Source: Ancylonema sp. (Eukaryota). Taken from it: a stretch of 64,000 nt of DNA. The stretch covers positions 1 through 64,000 of the forward strand of contig JBFLGF010000040.1 of assembly GCA_050230475.1 (NCBI GenBank). Direction: 5' to 3'. Made by a program: the position numbers and the translations under genes. The stretch's first letter is position 1. Each line of letters begins with the position of its first letter. This document shows positions 62,401 through 64,000 of the stretch, one piece after another. A model generated the notes under the pieces. The model saw only the letters and a list, made by a program, of their open reading frames with translations. It searched no databases and was not told the origin of the DNA.

Positions 62401-64000
62401 CGGGGTGGACACCAATTACTCGGGCCCTGTTTTCAGCTCGCGGCGCCAACGCACGCACCTCGTTCTTGGTAAGTGTTGTCTGGTCTTCCGGTATCTCTTG
62501 TTGTTGTTGCAGACGGACTTCACGGCAGCGACCCATCGCCGCATCAGAGGTAGTACTCCATTCGTCTAGGAGAGAGAGGGGAGTCTGGCGCTGAAACGGC
62601 TGCAAGTGACTTCCAGGCAAGACCAACCCAAGGCTTTGAGGCTCGGAGTGGACACCAATTACCCGGGCCCTGTTTTTAGCCCGCGGCGCCAGCCCACGCA
62701 CCTCGTCCACTATTGATGTCATCTAGACTCCTTGCATGCCTGGCTGTTCATCCAGGTAGTAGCCATACCCGGCGTTCTTGAATGATACCTGATCCTCTGC
62801 ATGGAACTGCGGCTGCTCGTTGCTGGTGACAGGCTGCTCCGATTGCAGATAAAAGATCCCTTCCTGCGGTGGCACCTCATTCTGCTGAAGGTGTTGTCCT
62901 GGCGTGTAGGCAGGATAGGGGACGGGAGAAGGATTTGGTGGCAGCCCACGCGTCTTGGTCAAGCAGTGCGCCTCCGTGTGATGCTGCCGCTTGCAGTAGT
63001 TGCATGAAGCTCGAGGCGGCCGATCCTGGTCGGTGATCTGGTATCGTGGTCGCGAGGGTCCAGCACTGGCATCCGGAGCTGTAGAAGGCTGCCCCGACTA
63101 CTGACTCTTCCCTCTAGGTGACGGCTGCTACAATGGTGGCTGGGTGCTAGGTTGTCCTGCTAGCACACCCGTCTGTTTGTAAGGGCAGCTGGCTCGCATG
63201 TGTCCTGGCTGGCCGCAGATGTGGCACGTCCTAGTATCTGGTGGAGGCGTGTAGACGCCAAGAAGAACAGGGGCAGGGGTCTGGTAGACAGGAAGGAAGG
63301 GAGAAGGAAGAGGAATCTGGCGCGGAGGCGGCTGCAGGTGCTTTCCAAGTGGAGTCAATGACAGGCCGAGGTTCCTATATTGAGCTCCCACTTCCTGAGT
63401 CCTGTTTTCGGCTCGCTGCGCCATGTCGCAAACTTCTTCTCGAGTCATCGGAGGTAGTCTCGGATCTTGCTCCCATCGACGCTTCTGCTCTGCATTGTAG
63501 TCTAGCGTGATGATGGTTTTCGTCGGTTTTGGCAGGAAATGATAGAAGCGGAGAGCGTTGTCTGCACGTGTAGTCATACCGCCCGCTTCGGTGGCTGATG
63601 CTGGCTCGTCCACTCGTACAAACAAGGTGTGAACGGAGTCGCCAGCTTCTGGCCTCAGGTTCAGCAGCTTTGCGTAGGCTTCACCGCAGTTGGTTTGGAA
63701 TCGTCGGCGTAGAGCTCGAAAGAAATCGCTGATGTCGTCGGGCTCAGGAGCTGGCACTGCTGGTTTATGCGCCCGATCCGCCTCCATCCAATCAGCTCTA
63801 TAGTAGTTGCGGAAACCAGCTCGCGCAGTAGCCCGCGCTTGAGCGACCGCACGCTTAGGCTCGGCTGCTGGAATATTCTGAGCGTCCAGTAGGAACTGGT
63901 CTAGGATGGGAAGCGCGTCTGCTCCCATAAAGTTCCGCAAGTCCATATCCAAAAACTCCAGTTGCCCGTAGCCCTCCATAGATTGTAGCACTCGATCCTT

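Larger units (their letters stand above)
54505..64000 (-). mobile_element. Decayed Ty3/Gypsy retrotransposon: gag(CCHC)-spacer-protease-DNMT-RT-RNase H-integrase-PHD; 5' end lies outside the window
   Basis: gag CHICGQPGHMRASC (63128-63991); protease LDTGA (60013-60561); RT CGDYRPVN, KLDLKSGYHQI, PFGLKNAP and YTND for YIDD (~57.3-57.9 kb); RNase H TDHKAL, RWSLFLQEYDF; integrase 55206-56276; PPT at 54869-54880. Many stops and frameshifts. Confidence 0.95.

Overview
Eukaryotic nuclear DNA, most likely from a streptophyte green alga or other early-diverging plant. This is inferred from spliceosomal introns, a pTAC10 homolog, a WRKY gene and dense transposons. Host genes: a 4-exon Mu-class-like glutathione S-transferase; an intronless Gfo/Idh/MocA oxidoreductase with one in-frame stop; a 4-exon histidine phosphatase (PGM-like); an intronless divergent WRKY; a 13-exon pTAC10/PAP3; and a low-complexity ORF pair with a bZIP-like basic region. 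The rest is mostly retroelement and MITE debris. Two things stand out. (1) A decayed Ty3/Gypsy element (~54.5-64 kb, minus strand) carries a full C5-cytosine DNA methyltransferase domain between protease and RT, plus a PHD finger at the end of its DDE integrase. (2) Several related elements have split direct repeats (A1-ORF-PPT-B1-A2-B2) instead of ordinary LTRs. They share a conserved CA-NN-TGTCA internal junction, and one encodes gypsy-type gag-protease. The same junction occurs downstream of the DNMT-gypsy polypurine tract. All calls are by eye; no searches or alignments were run.
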